NCBI GenBank assembly: GCA_012840965.1
Contig: DUVQ01000103.1
Span: 291-64,290, forward strand
Origin: Oligoflexales bacterium
GTDB lineage: Bacteria > Myxococcota_A > UBA9042 > DTJE01
Length of the DNA stretch: 64,000 bases
Direction of reading: 5' to 3'
Each line of letters begins with the position of its first letter. Position 1 is the stretch's first letter. Below are positions 47,833 to 58,587 of this stretch, piece by piece. The position numbers and the translations under genes are program-made. A model generated the notes under the pieces. It had not been told where the DNA came from. It searched no databases and saw nothing but the letters and a program-made list of their open reading frames with translations.

Positions 47833-50800
47833 ATGGACTTCAACGAACTGCTTTCCGAACTTGAAAGTAATCCTCAAGATGGTAGTGGCTTGGAAAAAAC
47901 CTTGTTGCAATTGATAGACGAGGGGAATCTGAGCGAGCTTGAATCTTTGCTGGGTAATTTGGTGCCTTCCTTACAGGCGGGCCAAGCGGGCGATACCGCA
48001 TTGAAGGTCCTAGAACAGATCTTCAGACGCAACCGAGAAAGTGATGCAGGTCAGATACTTGCTTGGTGGGGTGGATGGCTGGCATGGAAGGTGATTGACG
48101 ACCCCATGAGGGCTGAGTCGTTTTTCAAGCATTTGACATCTGCTGGCGACAACCAGATCGAGCTCGATGAGTTCTATCGTGTCTTTTATGCCTCCAGAGG
48201 TAACTGGCTGCGCTTGGAGCAGTACGTTGGCGAAGCCTGTGACCGTCGGGGCGTCGATGCCACTGAGGCGAAGCGGATTTTGGCCAAAACAGCCCAGGAG
48301 TTTGACAATCCTTCCAAGGAGTTGTCCTACTGGCAGGCCGTTGTTGGGGCAGAGCCCAACGATGAAGAGGCAGACGCGCAGTTGGAGCGGTTGTACACGC
48401 AGATGGGGCGCTGGCCGTCTCTGGCTGATTTGTTGAAAGGGCGCTTGGGCCGCCTTGGGGACGATGAAGTTCAACTTAAGGTCAGTATCTTGCGTGGGAT
48501 GCTGACGATCTATGAAGACAAGATGAAGGCTGAGCCAAGGGTTTTGGCGACCTACCAGCAGATTCTTGATATTGACCCCACCAATATCGACGCTATTGAC
48601 GCGCTTTTGGAGCGCTATGAAAAGTCCGCTAGATGGCCTGATTACGTCAAGACTTTGGCCAAGAAAATTGACGCCGTTTCTGATAAAGCCGAAAAGATAG
48701 CGCTGTTGGAACACCGGGCAAACATGATGGAAACTCGGTTTTCCAATGTTGCTGAGGCGTTGAAGATTTATGAGCGAATTCTGGAGCTGGCCCCTGATCG
48801 TCGTGACGTTGTTGAAAAACTGAAAGACCTGTACGAAAGACGCCGTGATTTCGAAAGTTTGATTCGTTTGCGTCGTGTTGAGGCCGAGCAGACCACCGAT
48901 TTGGATGAGCGCGTCAAAGTGTTCGCGGAATTGGCGAAAACTGCCAGTGACAGCCTTCGGAAGCCTCCGTTGGCGATTGAGCTGTGGGAAAAGGTTCTTG
49001 AGATTGACCCGGTTCATATGGAGGGTTTGAGGGAACTGGATGGCCTTTATGAAAGGGAGAAGGACTACGATCAGCAGTGTGGTGTGTTGTCTCGGCTGAT
49101 TGACCTGTCCCACGATGAAGACGAGCAGGTTACGCTGCTTGAAAAATTGGCTGGGATTCAGGGAAGCCGCCTGAATGATGCGTCTTCGGCTTTGGAGTCT
49201 TGGCGCAGAATTTTGGACGTTCGCGAAAATCACGACAGGGCAAAGCGAGAGCTGCGGTCGCGCTATTTGGCTGAAGAGCGTTTTGAGGACCTCGAAGTTT
49301 TCATGCGCAGGTTCGCCACTGTTGAAGAGCTGGGGCGTACGCTGGAATCTCAGATCTCTGGAATTGAAGACGAAGAAAAGAAGCTGTGGCTGCTGTTTAA
49401 GGTTGCCGAGATTTGGCGTGACGAGACCAATCAGCCTCAAAAGGCGGTCAGGCACCTGGAAACCGTCTTGGGTGTAGACCCCAGAAACCTTCGAGCTGCT
49501 ACTGAACTGATTGAGCTTAATCGCCAGCTCGGTGATTGGCGCAAGCTTCCTGCGGTTTATGAAGTTGCGATTGCCGAAACGGCTGATCCTGGCGAGCGCA
49601 CACGTTTGATGCTGCAGGCAGCACAGGTGTACGAGGTTAATCTGGCCAATCTGGAGCGGGCATTCTTCTGGTATTTGCAGGCGTTCAAGGAGAATCTGCT
49701 TGATGACTCGCTGCGAGCCCAAGCTGAGCGCCTTGCAGGGCCTTCTGATAACTGGGACATCTTTGTAATCGTTCTTGAAGGGGCTGCACGGCAGATTCCC
49801 GATGAAAATCGGCAGGTTGCGACTTGGTTACGAGTAGGCCAGATTTATTCGGAGGAGCTGAACGAAGGTGACGCTGCCCAGGCGGCATTCCAAGAAGCGC
49901 TGACGCTGGATCCTGAAAACCGTTTGGCAGTTAATGCCCTTGATGACCTGTATCGCAAGATGGAACGCTGGCCAGAGCTGGTGACCGTTCTTGAGCGGCG
50001 TTTGTCGATTGAACGCAGGGCCAAGGAGCGCCAGATTCTGCGCTTTGATATCGCTCAAATCCTTTACCACTCTTTGAATCGTGCCGATGACGCGATTTCG
50101 GTTTATGAAGACATTTTGGCTGAGGACCCGCAGGAGGTTAGAGCTTTTGCGGCCCTTGGTGACCTTTTGTTGGCCGAAGAGAAGTTTGCCGCTCTGAAGG
50201 AGCTTTTAGAGCGACAAATCAACGTGTTTACGGCCCTGGAAAGGCCGCATCCGGCGATTTTGGCTGACTTGCATTGCCGTGTGGCGACCTTGTCTTGTGT
50301 GCTTGAAGGGGCGACGGCAAGTGCGACTGAGTCTTGTGCCATGGCACTGGAGTATGACCCGCAGCACGCAGAGGCCATCAGCCTTCTTGAAAGTCTGCTA
50401 GGTGAAAAGGACCTGCGAATTGATATCGTGAATCTGCTGCGCAAGCCATACGAGTTGGCGAAGCGCTGGCAGGACTTGGCAGATTTGCTGGAAATCGAGT
50501 TGGCGGAGATTGGTGATACCGCTACTTCGGCTGAAACCCTTTGGCGCTTGGAAGGCCTTTATCGCGACAACGCCGTCGATGCAGACAAGCGCTTTAGGAC
50601 GTTGTCCCGCATTCTTAAGGTGACTCCTGAAGATAGCCGCTCTTGGGATGCTATTGAACGTGTCGCGGGCGAAGTGGATGGCTGGCGTGAGGTAGCTTCG
50701 TTGTACGAAGCCGCCGCGTACGACATTCAGGATTCTGAGGCTCAGGTCCAGATAAATCTGCGCCTCGCCAGGATTGAATGGCAGGAACTGAACAACATCG

Positions 50801-53800
50801 ACCACGCACGTCGGGCTTATCACGATGTGTTGGCAAATGACGAAACTAACGTTGATGCCTTGGACGCCTTGGAAACCATCTACGAAGAGATTGGTGACCA
50901 CCCAGAGCTGCTCAAGATCTACCAGCGGCGTTTCGATGTCTCTCCATATCCAGGTGAGCAGATTGCCTATGCCTTCAAAATTGCTGATGAACAGGCGCAG
51001 CACCTGGAAAACATCGAGGGGGCAATTGAGGCTGTAAAGAAGGTCTTGGATATTGAACCAGATTCTGAAATGGCTTACCGACGCTTGGATGGTCTGTACT
51101 TCAAGGCCGAGCGTTGGTATGACTTGGCCTCTGTCCTAGAACAGCGAATTGTCCTCGCGCAGGAGCTGTCGGATCGCAGTTATCTGCGCCTGCGTCTGGC
51201 TGAAGTCTATGAATACCGCCTGGAAGATGTTCCTGGTGCGGTTGAAGTTTTCAGCCTGATTTTAGGTGAGGATTCGGCAAATGAAGACGCGCTTCGCGAG
51301 TTGGAGCGTTTGTTTGCGAATGAAGACGTTCGCGTCAGCGTGGCCAAGATCCTGCTGCCAGCCTACAAGGTCCAGGAAAACTTTGTGAAGCTGGTTGAGG
51401 TTTATGATGTTCTGGCTGGGGCTGAAGGCGACACTGAAGTCAGACTGTCATATTTCGCGACTATCGCCGAGATTTATGAAAACAAAATCCAAGACTTGGA
51501 TAAGGCCTTCGAGTACAGGGCCAAGGCTTTCCGCGAAATGCCCGACCGAGAAGAGCTGCTTAATCAAGTACTTAGAGTTGGCGAGGCCAAGGGCGCTCTT
51601 GATGATGCGATCTTTGTTCTTATCGAATTGGTCTTTGACATCAGTGATCCTGAGCGTAGAAAGGAAACTCACAGAGTTATCGCCAGCGTGTGTCGGGACA
51701 AGGGGATTGATCGCGAGCTATCCAAGCGACATTACACCGAAATTCTTGGGCTCGACCCCGAGGATATGGACGCTATCGACTCCTTGATTAGCCTGCGCGA
51801 TGAGGATGGCGAAGTTGACATCCTGGTCTCGTTGCTTGTCAGAAAGGCCGAGATAGTGATGGAGCCCGAACGCAGAGCTGGATTGCTGCTGTGGGCTGGT
51901 GATCTGTACTCTCAGAAGCTGGAAAAACCGGAAGATGCTATCGCCAGCTACACCGAAGTGCTGGACATGGATCCTGCCAACGGTCATGCCATTCTTGCCT
52001 TGGAGGCTTTGTATGAGCAAAGCGAAGAATGGATGGAGTTGGTCGAAGTTTTGGGCAGAAAGGCCGATGTTGCAAACACGCCGCAGGAACGCGTTGCAGC
52101 CCTGAAAAAACAAGGACTTATTCAGCACGAGCGCTTGGATGCTTCTATCGACGCTATCGAGACCTTCTTGGTAGTGCTTAGCGTTGATGGCGAAGATGTG
52201 GACGCCATGCGCACTTTGGACCGCTTCTATGGGTCGGTTGAGGATTGGACCAGTCAGTACGACATCCTTGCCAAAATCTATGAGCGTGTTGAAGGTGAAG
52301 ACAGGCTTACGATGCGCTTTAGAATGGGGCGCTTGCTTGAGCAAAACCTTGGCGATCCCTACAAAGCCATTGAAATCTATCGTGATTTGTTGGCTGAGTT
52401 CCCCGATAACGTGGAAGCTGTCGACGCCTTGGAAGGCATGGTTCGTGCTGGGGATGCGGCTGAGCCTGCATTTGCGGTCCTCAAGCCCATTTTGGCCAAT
52501 AGAGCCGAATGGCAGCGGCTGTATGTGAACTACGAGGTCCTGACCGAGCGCGAACACGACCCAGTTAGAAAGGTTGCAAACTTGGTGACCATGGGTGAAA
52601 TCGCCCAAAACCAGATGAATCAACCTATCAGTGGCTTTGAGTGCTTTGGCAAGGCGTTTACGACCGACCCACTGAATCGCGATGTACTGGGAAGGGTGTA
52701 CAGCTTGGCCGAAAGCTTCGATATGTGGCATGACGTGCCAGCTTTACTGCAAGAGGCCGCCGCCGAGATAGAGGGCATGCCTCAGGCGTTGGAGCTCTTG
52801 CTCCAGGCTGGAGCCGTCTTGCGTGACAGGCTTGAGAACCGTGAAGCCGCTATTGAAGTGTTTGAAAGTATCCTTAAGGACTTCTCGGACAACATGACCG
52901 CCTTGGACGCTTTGGATGAGCTGTACAGCGGACTTGAGAAGTGGGAAGACCAGATTCGTATCTTGCGCTTCAAGTACGACGTCAAGTTCGATCCAGAAGC
53001 GAAAATCCAAGTGTTGCTGCGACTGGCGGATGTTTGTGAATTCAAGGTCAATCGCACTCAGGACGCTCTTGAGGCCAGACAGGAGGCCTTGTATCTGCAT
53101 CCTGGTCAACCTCAGGCAGTGCTTGAACTTCGCCGCATGTTTGATGAAGGCAAACACCTGGATCAAATACTGGAAATCCTGGAGCCAATCTACCAGGAAT
53201 CCGGGGCATACTCAGATTTAGCAACCATTTACGAGGCGTCCTTAGTGGCGATCGAGGATCCTGACCGTCGCAAGGAAACTCTGCTTAAGCTTGCTGAAGT
53301 CTGGGCCCAGAACCTTGGTGAAGGGGTGACTGCTCTTGGCTGGTTTGGCAAGGCTTTGGAGCTTGATCCTGGTGACGAGATTCTGGAAATGCAGATTGAT
53401 GAGCTGGCTGCTTCAGTTTCGGCTTGGGAAAGCCTACTTTCCATTCAGCTGACGGCGGCACAGGCTTGTGACAACAACGAGCGCAAAATCGCTTTGTGGC
53501 ATAAGGCCGTTCAATCTGCCCGTGATCGCATTGGCGACTATGAAAAGGCTGAGGCCATTTGTAAGTGGATACTGGAGCTTAACGATTCTGATGCCTTGGC
53601 GTTGGCAGACCTGGATCGTATGTATCTGTCTCAAGGTCGAGACGCCGATTTACTGGCAATTTTGAAACGGGAAGTCGAAGTTGCGGAGTATGACGACGAC
53701 AAGATCAAGTTCTTGATGCGAGCTGGAACGCTGCAAAGGGATAAGCTTGATGATCTGGAAGGTGCGATTGAGTCGTTTGCCCATGTGGTCAGGATTGACG

Positions 53801-56800
53801 AGATGCAGCTTCAGGCCCTGACGGCTTTGGCTGACCTCTATGACATGCGCAATGATTTCGAGCCTTTATTCAGAACGTTGTCATTGCTTTCCGACATGGC
53901 TCAGACCGGAGAAGAGCGTGCAGCGCTGCAGCGAAGGCTGGCCATCATTGCTGAAGAAAAATTGGGGCGTAAGGATGATGCCCTTGCTCTTTGGGACGAG
54001 GTGGCCGCGGCTTCCCCAACAGATGCTGGCGCTTTGCAGCAATTGCAGCGTCTGTACAGGGATAAGGAAGATTGGGAGGCTTTGATTGAGGTATGTGAGC
54101 GGGAAATCAACGCCACTGCTCCTGAAGTAGACCGCATTGTTGTGCTGTTGCGTGAAATTGGTGTCGTTGGAGAGACCAAGCTTGATGACCCCAACACTGC
54201 ACAGCATGCTTATGTCCGCCTGCTTGAATTTGCTCCCGGCGACCGCGAGTCTTTGGAAGCGCTCAGGCGTCTGTACCTGGAAACTGGCGATCTGGAGTCT
54301 CTGTCTGGTGTCTTGGAGCAGCTTTATAACAGCGAGATGTTGTCCCAGGACGAAAAGAATGAGATTTGCTTGGAGCATGCCAAGCTGCTGACTGATGAGT
54401 TGGCGAAGCCTGAAGAGGCCATCGTTTGGTGGAATCTGGTGCTAAATACCGACCCGCAGATGGACGAGGGGCTCACGGCTCTGGATCAGCTTTATGAGAA
54501 CACCGGTCGATTTGCCGATTGTGTCAGGATTATTGAGCGTAGGGCTGAGAAGGTTGAGGGCGATGAGCGGGCCAGTCTGCTGATTAGGGCTGCTGAGCTG
54601 CAAAACGGTCCATTGAACGACCCGGCTGCGGCGGCTGACACCTTGGAGGTGGTTACTGGCTTGCAACCTGCCAACATGGATGTGTCCCATGAGCTTCAGT
54701 CCCTGTACATGAGACTTGAGGATTGGGACAAGCTGGCCGCCGTGCTTTTGCGCCGCGATGAGCACTTTGGTGATGACCTCGATGGCCGCATCAGCAACCT
54801 GGGCGAGCTGGCCAGAATTTACGAGACCAACAAGGGCGCCGCGGACCTGGCCTTCTATGTTTGGGTCAAGGCTGCCCAGCTTCATCCTGAAGATCACATG
54901 GCCGTTTCTGAGCTGTGGCGTCTTGCCCAGGAACTGGGGATGTGGACCGAGTATGTTGATTCGCTGAGCGAGGCTGTAAACAGAATGCCGGAAGAGTCGA
55001 AGCGCGAGCACTTGCTGCGCTTTGGCGAGGTCATGTGGCGCAACGCTGAAAGGGATGACCAGGCGATTGGCTGGTTCGAGAAGGTCAAGGCTGAATGGCC
55101 GGAAGACGAAACCGCGTTGGCAGCGCTGCATGAGCTTTATCTGGGTTCACATCGCTGGGAAGAGCTGGTTGGTGTTGTAAATGTTCAGATCGAACTGACT
55201 CCGGACTTCATGGAGAAGATTTCGCTGGGTCTGTTGGTCGGTGATGTGCTGGAAAACAAGATCAAGGACCTAGCAAGGGCGCTGGAGGCGTACAAGCTGG
55301 TCCTGAGCTTTGATGAAGGCTCGATCGCAGCTTTGGACGCGTTGATTCGAATCCATGAAAACCGCAATGAGTGGGAGGACTTGTTAAAGGCCCTGGATCT
55401 GAAGGCGCCTTTGGTACCAGAGGAAGAAGTCCAGATCAGAATGCTGATGGGCGCGATTTTAGAGGCCAAGGTTGGGGATGCGAATAGGGCTATTGAGGCC
55501 TATGAAGCGGTTCTGGATGTTGAGCCTACCAATGAACCGGCGCTTGAGCATCTGAAGGACCTGTATGGTGGCATGCACAATTGGCTAGGCTTGGCGGATG
55601 TTTACGAGCGCAAGCTTGGCCAGCTGTACGAAGTTGCTGAAAGGATTCACTTTAGCCACCTGTTGGCGATGCTTTATGAAACGGCGCTGGATGACAAGCA
55701 GCGGGCGCTTGATTATTGGATGCAGATCCTCGACATGGACCGCGTTGATGAGGAGGCGTTTGAGACAGCGGCACGTCTGTTGACCGAAATGGAAGACTGG
55801 AACGAGCTGATCAACCTGTTTGAGAACCGCATCGCCAGTGTTAAGGATGAGCGCGAAAAAATGGCGGTCTTGGTCAGGTTGGCCAAGATTCACGAAGAGC
55901 GGGTTGAAGATATCAACAGCGCGATTGCCACTCATCAAAGGGTGTTGGATATCGACGACCGTAAGACGGATTCCTACGCTGAGTTGGAGCGCCTGTTTGG
56001 CTTGGTGGAATCTTGGGAAGATGTTGTTGATACGTTGCTTAAGTGGACCGAGCATTCTGATTCCACAGCTCAATTGCTTGAATTAAGCCATCGAGCTGTA
56101 GATGTGGTGCTTGAGAAGCTTGAAAATCCGGATCGTGCAGCTCAATTGCTGAAAGACCTGTTGCAAACTAATCCTAACGACGTCCCTGCCTATAACAAGC
56201 TGCGTGATATCTACGCCAGCCTTGAGGATTGGGAGCGCGTCGCAGACGTGTTCTTGGATCAAGAGGCTCAGGCCAGCACAGATGAGGAGCGAGCCAAGCA
56301 TCGGGCTGCGGCTGGTGACATCTATCTGAATCGCCTGAAGGATCGCAACAAGGCTATCTTGCACTTTGAGCGCTCCATGGAGCTAAATCCCAAGCAGGAT
56401 AATGTGGCGCTTGGGCTTGCCAGAAGCTACGTGGCCGCAGAGAGATGGGAGAAGGCGCAACCGTTGCTGGAAAGCTTGCTGGAAAGCCCGGATGCCATTG
56501 CGGATTCAGCTTTGGCGGCCAAGATTCACTTCAACATGGGCGTTTGCAGCGAGCGGCTGCTTGATTATGAAAAGGCTTTCCGTGAATATCAGGCGGCTGC
56601 CCAATTAACGCCTGACGATCCTGAAACCCTGATGGGGCTTGGCCGGATGTATCAGCGCAAGCAATTCTGGCAGCTGTCCAAGGATCGCTATGTCAGGGCG
56701 TTATCCGTTGGTGGTGATGCCTTGGATCAAAAGGAAGTGGCCGCCGTCAACTTTGCGCTGGGCGAAGTATGTATCGAGTTGGGCGAATTTGAAGAAGCGG

Positions 56801-58587
56801 CGAAGTACCTTGACCAGTCGCTGGCAATTCAGCCTGATCAAGCCAGAGCTACCGACTTGCAGATCACCCTGGCGGAAAAACGGGGCGATTGGCCGGCCGT
56901 TATTCGGTACCGACAGGCCAGAGCCGAGAGCAGGGGCGATATCTTCGAGAAGTTCTCGGTCATGTTGGAAGTCGGCGATATCTATCGCTTAAAGATGAAC
57001 AACGTTTATGGTGCTGCCGCCGCGTACAAGGAAGCGCTGGAAATGAACCCAGGGGCCAAGGTGCCGTTGATTAAGCTTTTTGAGCTTTATCTGCAGGCTG
57101 GGAACATTGAAGACGCGCTGTTCACCATGGAGGAGCTGGCAAGGGCAGAGGATAGTCCAAGCAAACGTGCCGGTCACTACATGACTATGGCCGCGATTTA
57201 TCAGCAAAAACTTAATGATGACATCAAGGCTGTTGAGTACCTGAACGCGGCTTTGGATGAAGACCCAGACGAGCTGCAGGCCTTTAGGGCAATCGATGAA
57301 ATCCTGACCAAGAACAGGGATTGGAAGCGCCAGGCCGATGCTTATCAGCGTATGCTTGAGAGATTGGAAGGCCGCAACAATCCTGAGCTTGAGTTCAAGC
57401 TTCTGTTTGCGCTTGGTGAGATTTTCCGGTCCAGGCTGAAACAAAACGAAGAGGCCATTGAGGTTTATGAAAGGGCGACCAAGCTGCAGCCTTCAGACAG
57501 GCGGGCTCATGAGATTTTGGCGCAACTCTATGAAGTTATAGGTGATTACAACAAGGCTGTCGCTGAGCATGTGGCGACGGTGTCGGCGGATCCTCTAAGC
57601 GGGTCGTCGGTAGAGTCATATAGGGCGATGATGCGCCTCTATCGTACTTTGGCCGAGCTGGACAAGGCCTTCATGGTTGCATCGGTCATGGTGGCTCTTG
57701 GTATCGCTGGTCCTGAGGAAAAGGCGTTCTTTGAGAACAACCTGGAGCCAAATCTGCCTTGGTTTAAGGGCACCATCGATCCTCTGCGCTGGGAAAACCA
57801 TCTGGTTCCAAGTGGCGGCAGTAACTTGCTGGGTAGGATCCTTCAGGTGTTGTTGGTTGGGCTGGGTGAGCATCTTGGCACCAAGGATCTGAAGGACCTG
57901 GGATTGAAGAAGAGGTCCGAGATGGATCTTGGCGCTAAGCTGCTGTTTGTTAATGTTTACAAGGCTGTAGCTAAGGTTCTGGGGCCGCTTCCACACAAGG
58001 TTTATCGTAATGATAATCCTGTTGGGTTGACCATTGAATTCCTGACTCCGCCGGCGTTGATTGTTGGCTCTGACATGCTGACCGGCCACGATGAGCGGGA
58101 AATCGGCTTCTTGATCGGACGCCAGCTGGCCTACATGAACCCGATGTATTTCTTGGCAGCAGTCAAGAACACCAGCGAATTGAAGGCCTTCTTGGGTGCG
58201 GCAATCAAGTTCTGCCGTCCGGACACTCAGCTTGGCGCAGGCGCAGATATCGTGCTGCACTATGTCCGCCAGATCGAGCGCCGTATGCCGCAGCAACAGA
58301 AAAACCAGCTGATGTCCTTGATTGACGAGCTGTTTACCACCTATCCAACGGGCGATTTTGGCACGATTTTCGAGGATTTCTTCCAGTTGATCGAGCTGAC
58401 CTCGCTTAGGGCTGGTATGCTGATTTCCGGGTCAGTCCCAACTGTTTTGGGTATCTTGCAGGTTGAAGACCTGAGTTTCTCGGGAATGCCACAAAAGGAG
58501 CGCCTTGAGGAAGTTGTACGCTTCGCAGTTTCTGAAAACCACTTCGTACTGAGGCGGGCACTAGGGGTGGCAGTTGAGGCTACTTAA
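47833..58587 (+). CDS. Giant (3584 aa) TPR-repeat protein, AgmK-like
   Basis: Dozens of A..Y..[IV]L..DP.N..A..AL..LY...W..L repeats; distinct C-terminal domain (E..FLIGR.LAY..; RAGMLISG..; HF.LRRALG). AgmK similarity is from recalled architecture only. Confidence 0.85.
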   Translation: MDFNELLSELESNPQDGSGLEKTLLQLIDEGNLSELESLLGNLVPSLQAGQAGDTALKVLEQIFRRNRESDAGQILAWWGGWLAWKVIDDPMRAESFFKHLTSAGDNQIELDEFYRVFYASRGNWLRLEQYVGEACDRRGVDATEAKRILAKTAQEFDNPSKELSYWQAVVGAEPNDEEADAQLERLYTQMGRWPSLADLLKGRLGRLGDDEVQLKVSILRGMLTIYEDKMKAEPRVLATYQQILDIDPTNIDAIDALLERYEKSARWPDYVKTLAKKIDAVSDKAEKIALLEHRANMMETRFSNVAEALKIYERILELAPDRRDVVEKLKDLYERRRDFESLIRLRRVEAEQTTDLDERVKVFAELAKTASDSLRKPPLAIELWEKVLEIDPVHMEGLRELDGLYEREKDYDQQCGVLSRLIDLSHDEDEQVTLLEKLAGIQGSRLNDASSALESWRRILDVRENHDRAKRELRSRYLAEERFEDLEVFMRRFATVEELGRTLESQISGIEDEEKKLWLLFKVAEIWRDETNQPQKAVRHLETVLGVDPRNLRAATELIELNRQLGDWRKLPAVYEVAIAETADPGERTRLMLQAAQVYEVNLANLERAFFWYLQAFKENLLDDSLRAQAERLAGPSDNWDIFVIVLEGAARQIPDENRQVATWLRVGQIYSEELNEGDAAQAAFQEALTLDPENRLAVNALDDLYRKMERWPELVTVLERRLSIERRAKERQILRFDIAQILYHSLNRADDAISVYEDILAEDPQEVRAFAALGDLLLAEEKFAALKELLERQINVFTALERPHPAILADLHCRVATLSCVLEGATASATESCAMALEYDPQHAEAISLLESLLGEKDLRIDIVNLLRKPYELAKRWQDLADLLEIELAEIGDTATSAETLWRLEGLYRDNAVDADKRFRTLSRILKVTPEDSRSWDAIERVAGEVDGWREVASLYEAAAYDIQDSEAQVQINLRLARIEWQELNNIDHARRAYHDVLANDETNVDALDALETIYEEIGDHPELLKIYQRRFDVSPYPGEQIAYAFKIADEQAQHLENIEGAIEAVKKVLDIEPDSEMAYRRLDGLYFKAERWYDLASVLEQRIVLAQELSDRSYLRLRLAEVYEYRLEDVPGAVEVFSLILGEDSANEDALRELERLFANEDVRVSVAKILLPAYKVQENFVKLVEVYDVLAGAEGDTEVRLSYFATIAEIYENKIQDLDKAFEYRAKAFREMPDREELLNQVLRVGEAKGALDDAIFVLIELVFDISDPERRKETHRVIASVCRDKGIDRELSKRHYTEILGLDPEDMDAIDSLISLRDEDGEVDILVSLLVRKAEIVMEPERRAGLLLWAGDLYSQKLEKPEDAIASYTEVLDMDPANGHAILALEALYEQSEEWMELVEVLGRKADVANTPQERVAALKKQGLIQHERLDASIDAIETFLVVLSVDGEDVDAMRTLDRFYGSVEDWTSQYDILAKIYERVEGEDRLTMRFRMGRLLEQNLGDPYKAIEIYRDLLAEFPDNVEAVDALEGMVRAGDAAEPAFAVLKPILANRAEWQRLYVNYEVLTEREHDPVRKVANLVTMGEIAQNQMNQPISGFECFGKAFTTDPLNRDVLGRVYSLAESFDMWHDVPALLQEAAAEIEGMPQALELLLQAGAVLRDRLENREAAIEVFESILKDFSDNMTALDALDELYSGLEKWEDQIRILRFKYDVKFDPEAKIQVLLRLADVCEFKVNRTQDALEARQEALYLHPGQPQAVLELRRMFDEGKHLDQILEILEPIYQESGAYSDLATIYEASLVAIEDPDRRKETLLKLAEVWAQNLGEGVTALGWFGKALELDPGDEILEMQIDELAASVSAWESLLSIQLTAAQACDNNERKIALWHKAVQSARDRIGDYEKAEAICKWILELNDSDALALADLDRMYLSQGRDADLLAILKREVEVAEYDDDKIKFLMRAGTLQRDKLDDLEGAIESFAHVVRIDEMQLQALTALADLYDMRNDFEPLFRTLSLLSDMAQTGEERAALQRRLAIIAEEKLGRKDDALALWDEVAAASPTDAGALQQLQRLYRDKEDWEALIEVCEREINATAPEVDRIVVLLREIGVVGETKLDDPNTAQHAYVRLLEFAPGDRESLEALRRLYLETGDLESLSGVLEQLYNSEMLSQDEKNEICLEHAKLLTDELAKPEEAIVWWNLVLNTDPQMDEGLTALDQLYENTGRFADCVRIIERRAEKVEGDERASLLIRAAELQNGPLNDPAAAADTLEVVTGLQPANMDVSHELQSLYMRLEDWDKLAAVLLRRDEHFGDDLDGRISNLGELARIYETNKGAADLAFYVWVKAAQLHPEDHMAVSELWRLAQELGMWTEYVDSLSEAVNRMPEESKREHLLRFGEVMWRNAERDDQAIGWFEKVKAEWPEDETALAALHELYLGSHRWEELVGVVNVQIELTPDFMEKISLGLLVGDVLENKIKDLARALEAYKLVLSFDEGSIAALDALIRIHENRNEWEDLLKALDLKAPLVPEEEVQIRMLMGAILEAKVGDANRAIEAYEAVLDVEPTNEPALEHLKDLYGGMHNWLGLADVYERKLGQLYEVAERIHFSHLLAMLYETALDDKQRALDYWMQILDMDRVDEEAFETAARLLTEMEDWNELINLFENRIASVKDEREKMAVLVRLAKIHEERVEDINSAIATHQRVLDIDDRKTDSYAELERLFGLVESWEDVVDTLLKWTEHSDSTAQLLELSHRAVDVVLEKLENPDRAAQLLKDLLQTNPNDVPAYNKLRDIYASLEDWERVADVFLDQEAQASTDEERAKHRAAAGDIYLNRLKDRNKAILHFERSMELNPKQDNVALGLARSYVAAERWEKAQPLLESLLESPDAIADSALAAKIHFNMGVCSERLLDYEKAFREYQAAAQLTPDDPETLMGLGRMYQRKQFWQLSKDRYVRALSVGGDALDQKEVAAVNFALGEVCIELGEFEEAAKYLDQSLAIQPDQARATDLQITLAEKRGDWPAVIRYRQARAESRGDIFEKFSVMLEVGDIYRLKMNNVYGAAAAYKEALEMNPGAKVPLIKLFELYLQAGNIEDALFTMEELARAEDSPSKRAGHYMTMAAIYQQKLNDDIKAVEYLNAALDEDPDELQAFRAIDEILTKNRDWKRQADAYQRMLERLEGRNNPELEFKLLFALGEIFRSRLKQNEEAIEVYERATKLQPSDRRAHEILAQLYEVIGDYNKAVAEHVATVSADPLSGSSVESYRAMMRLYRTLAELDKAFMVASVMVALGIAGPEEKAFFENNLEPNLPWFKGTIDPLRWENHLVPSGGSNLLGRILQVLLVGLGEHLGTKDLKDLGLKKRSEMDLGAKLLFVNVYKAVAKVLGPLPHKVYRNDNPVGLTIEFLTPPALIVGSDMLTGHDEREIGFLIGRQLAYMNPMYFLAAVKNTSELKAFLGAAIKFCRPDTQLGAGADIVLHYVRQIERRMPQQQKNQLMSLIDELFTTYPTGDFGTIFEDFFQLIELTSLRAGMLISGSVPTVLGILQVEDLSFSGMPQKERLEEVVRFAVSENHFVLRRALGVAVEAT

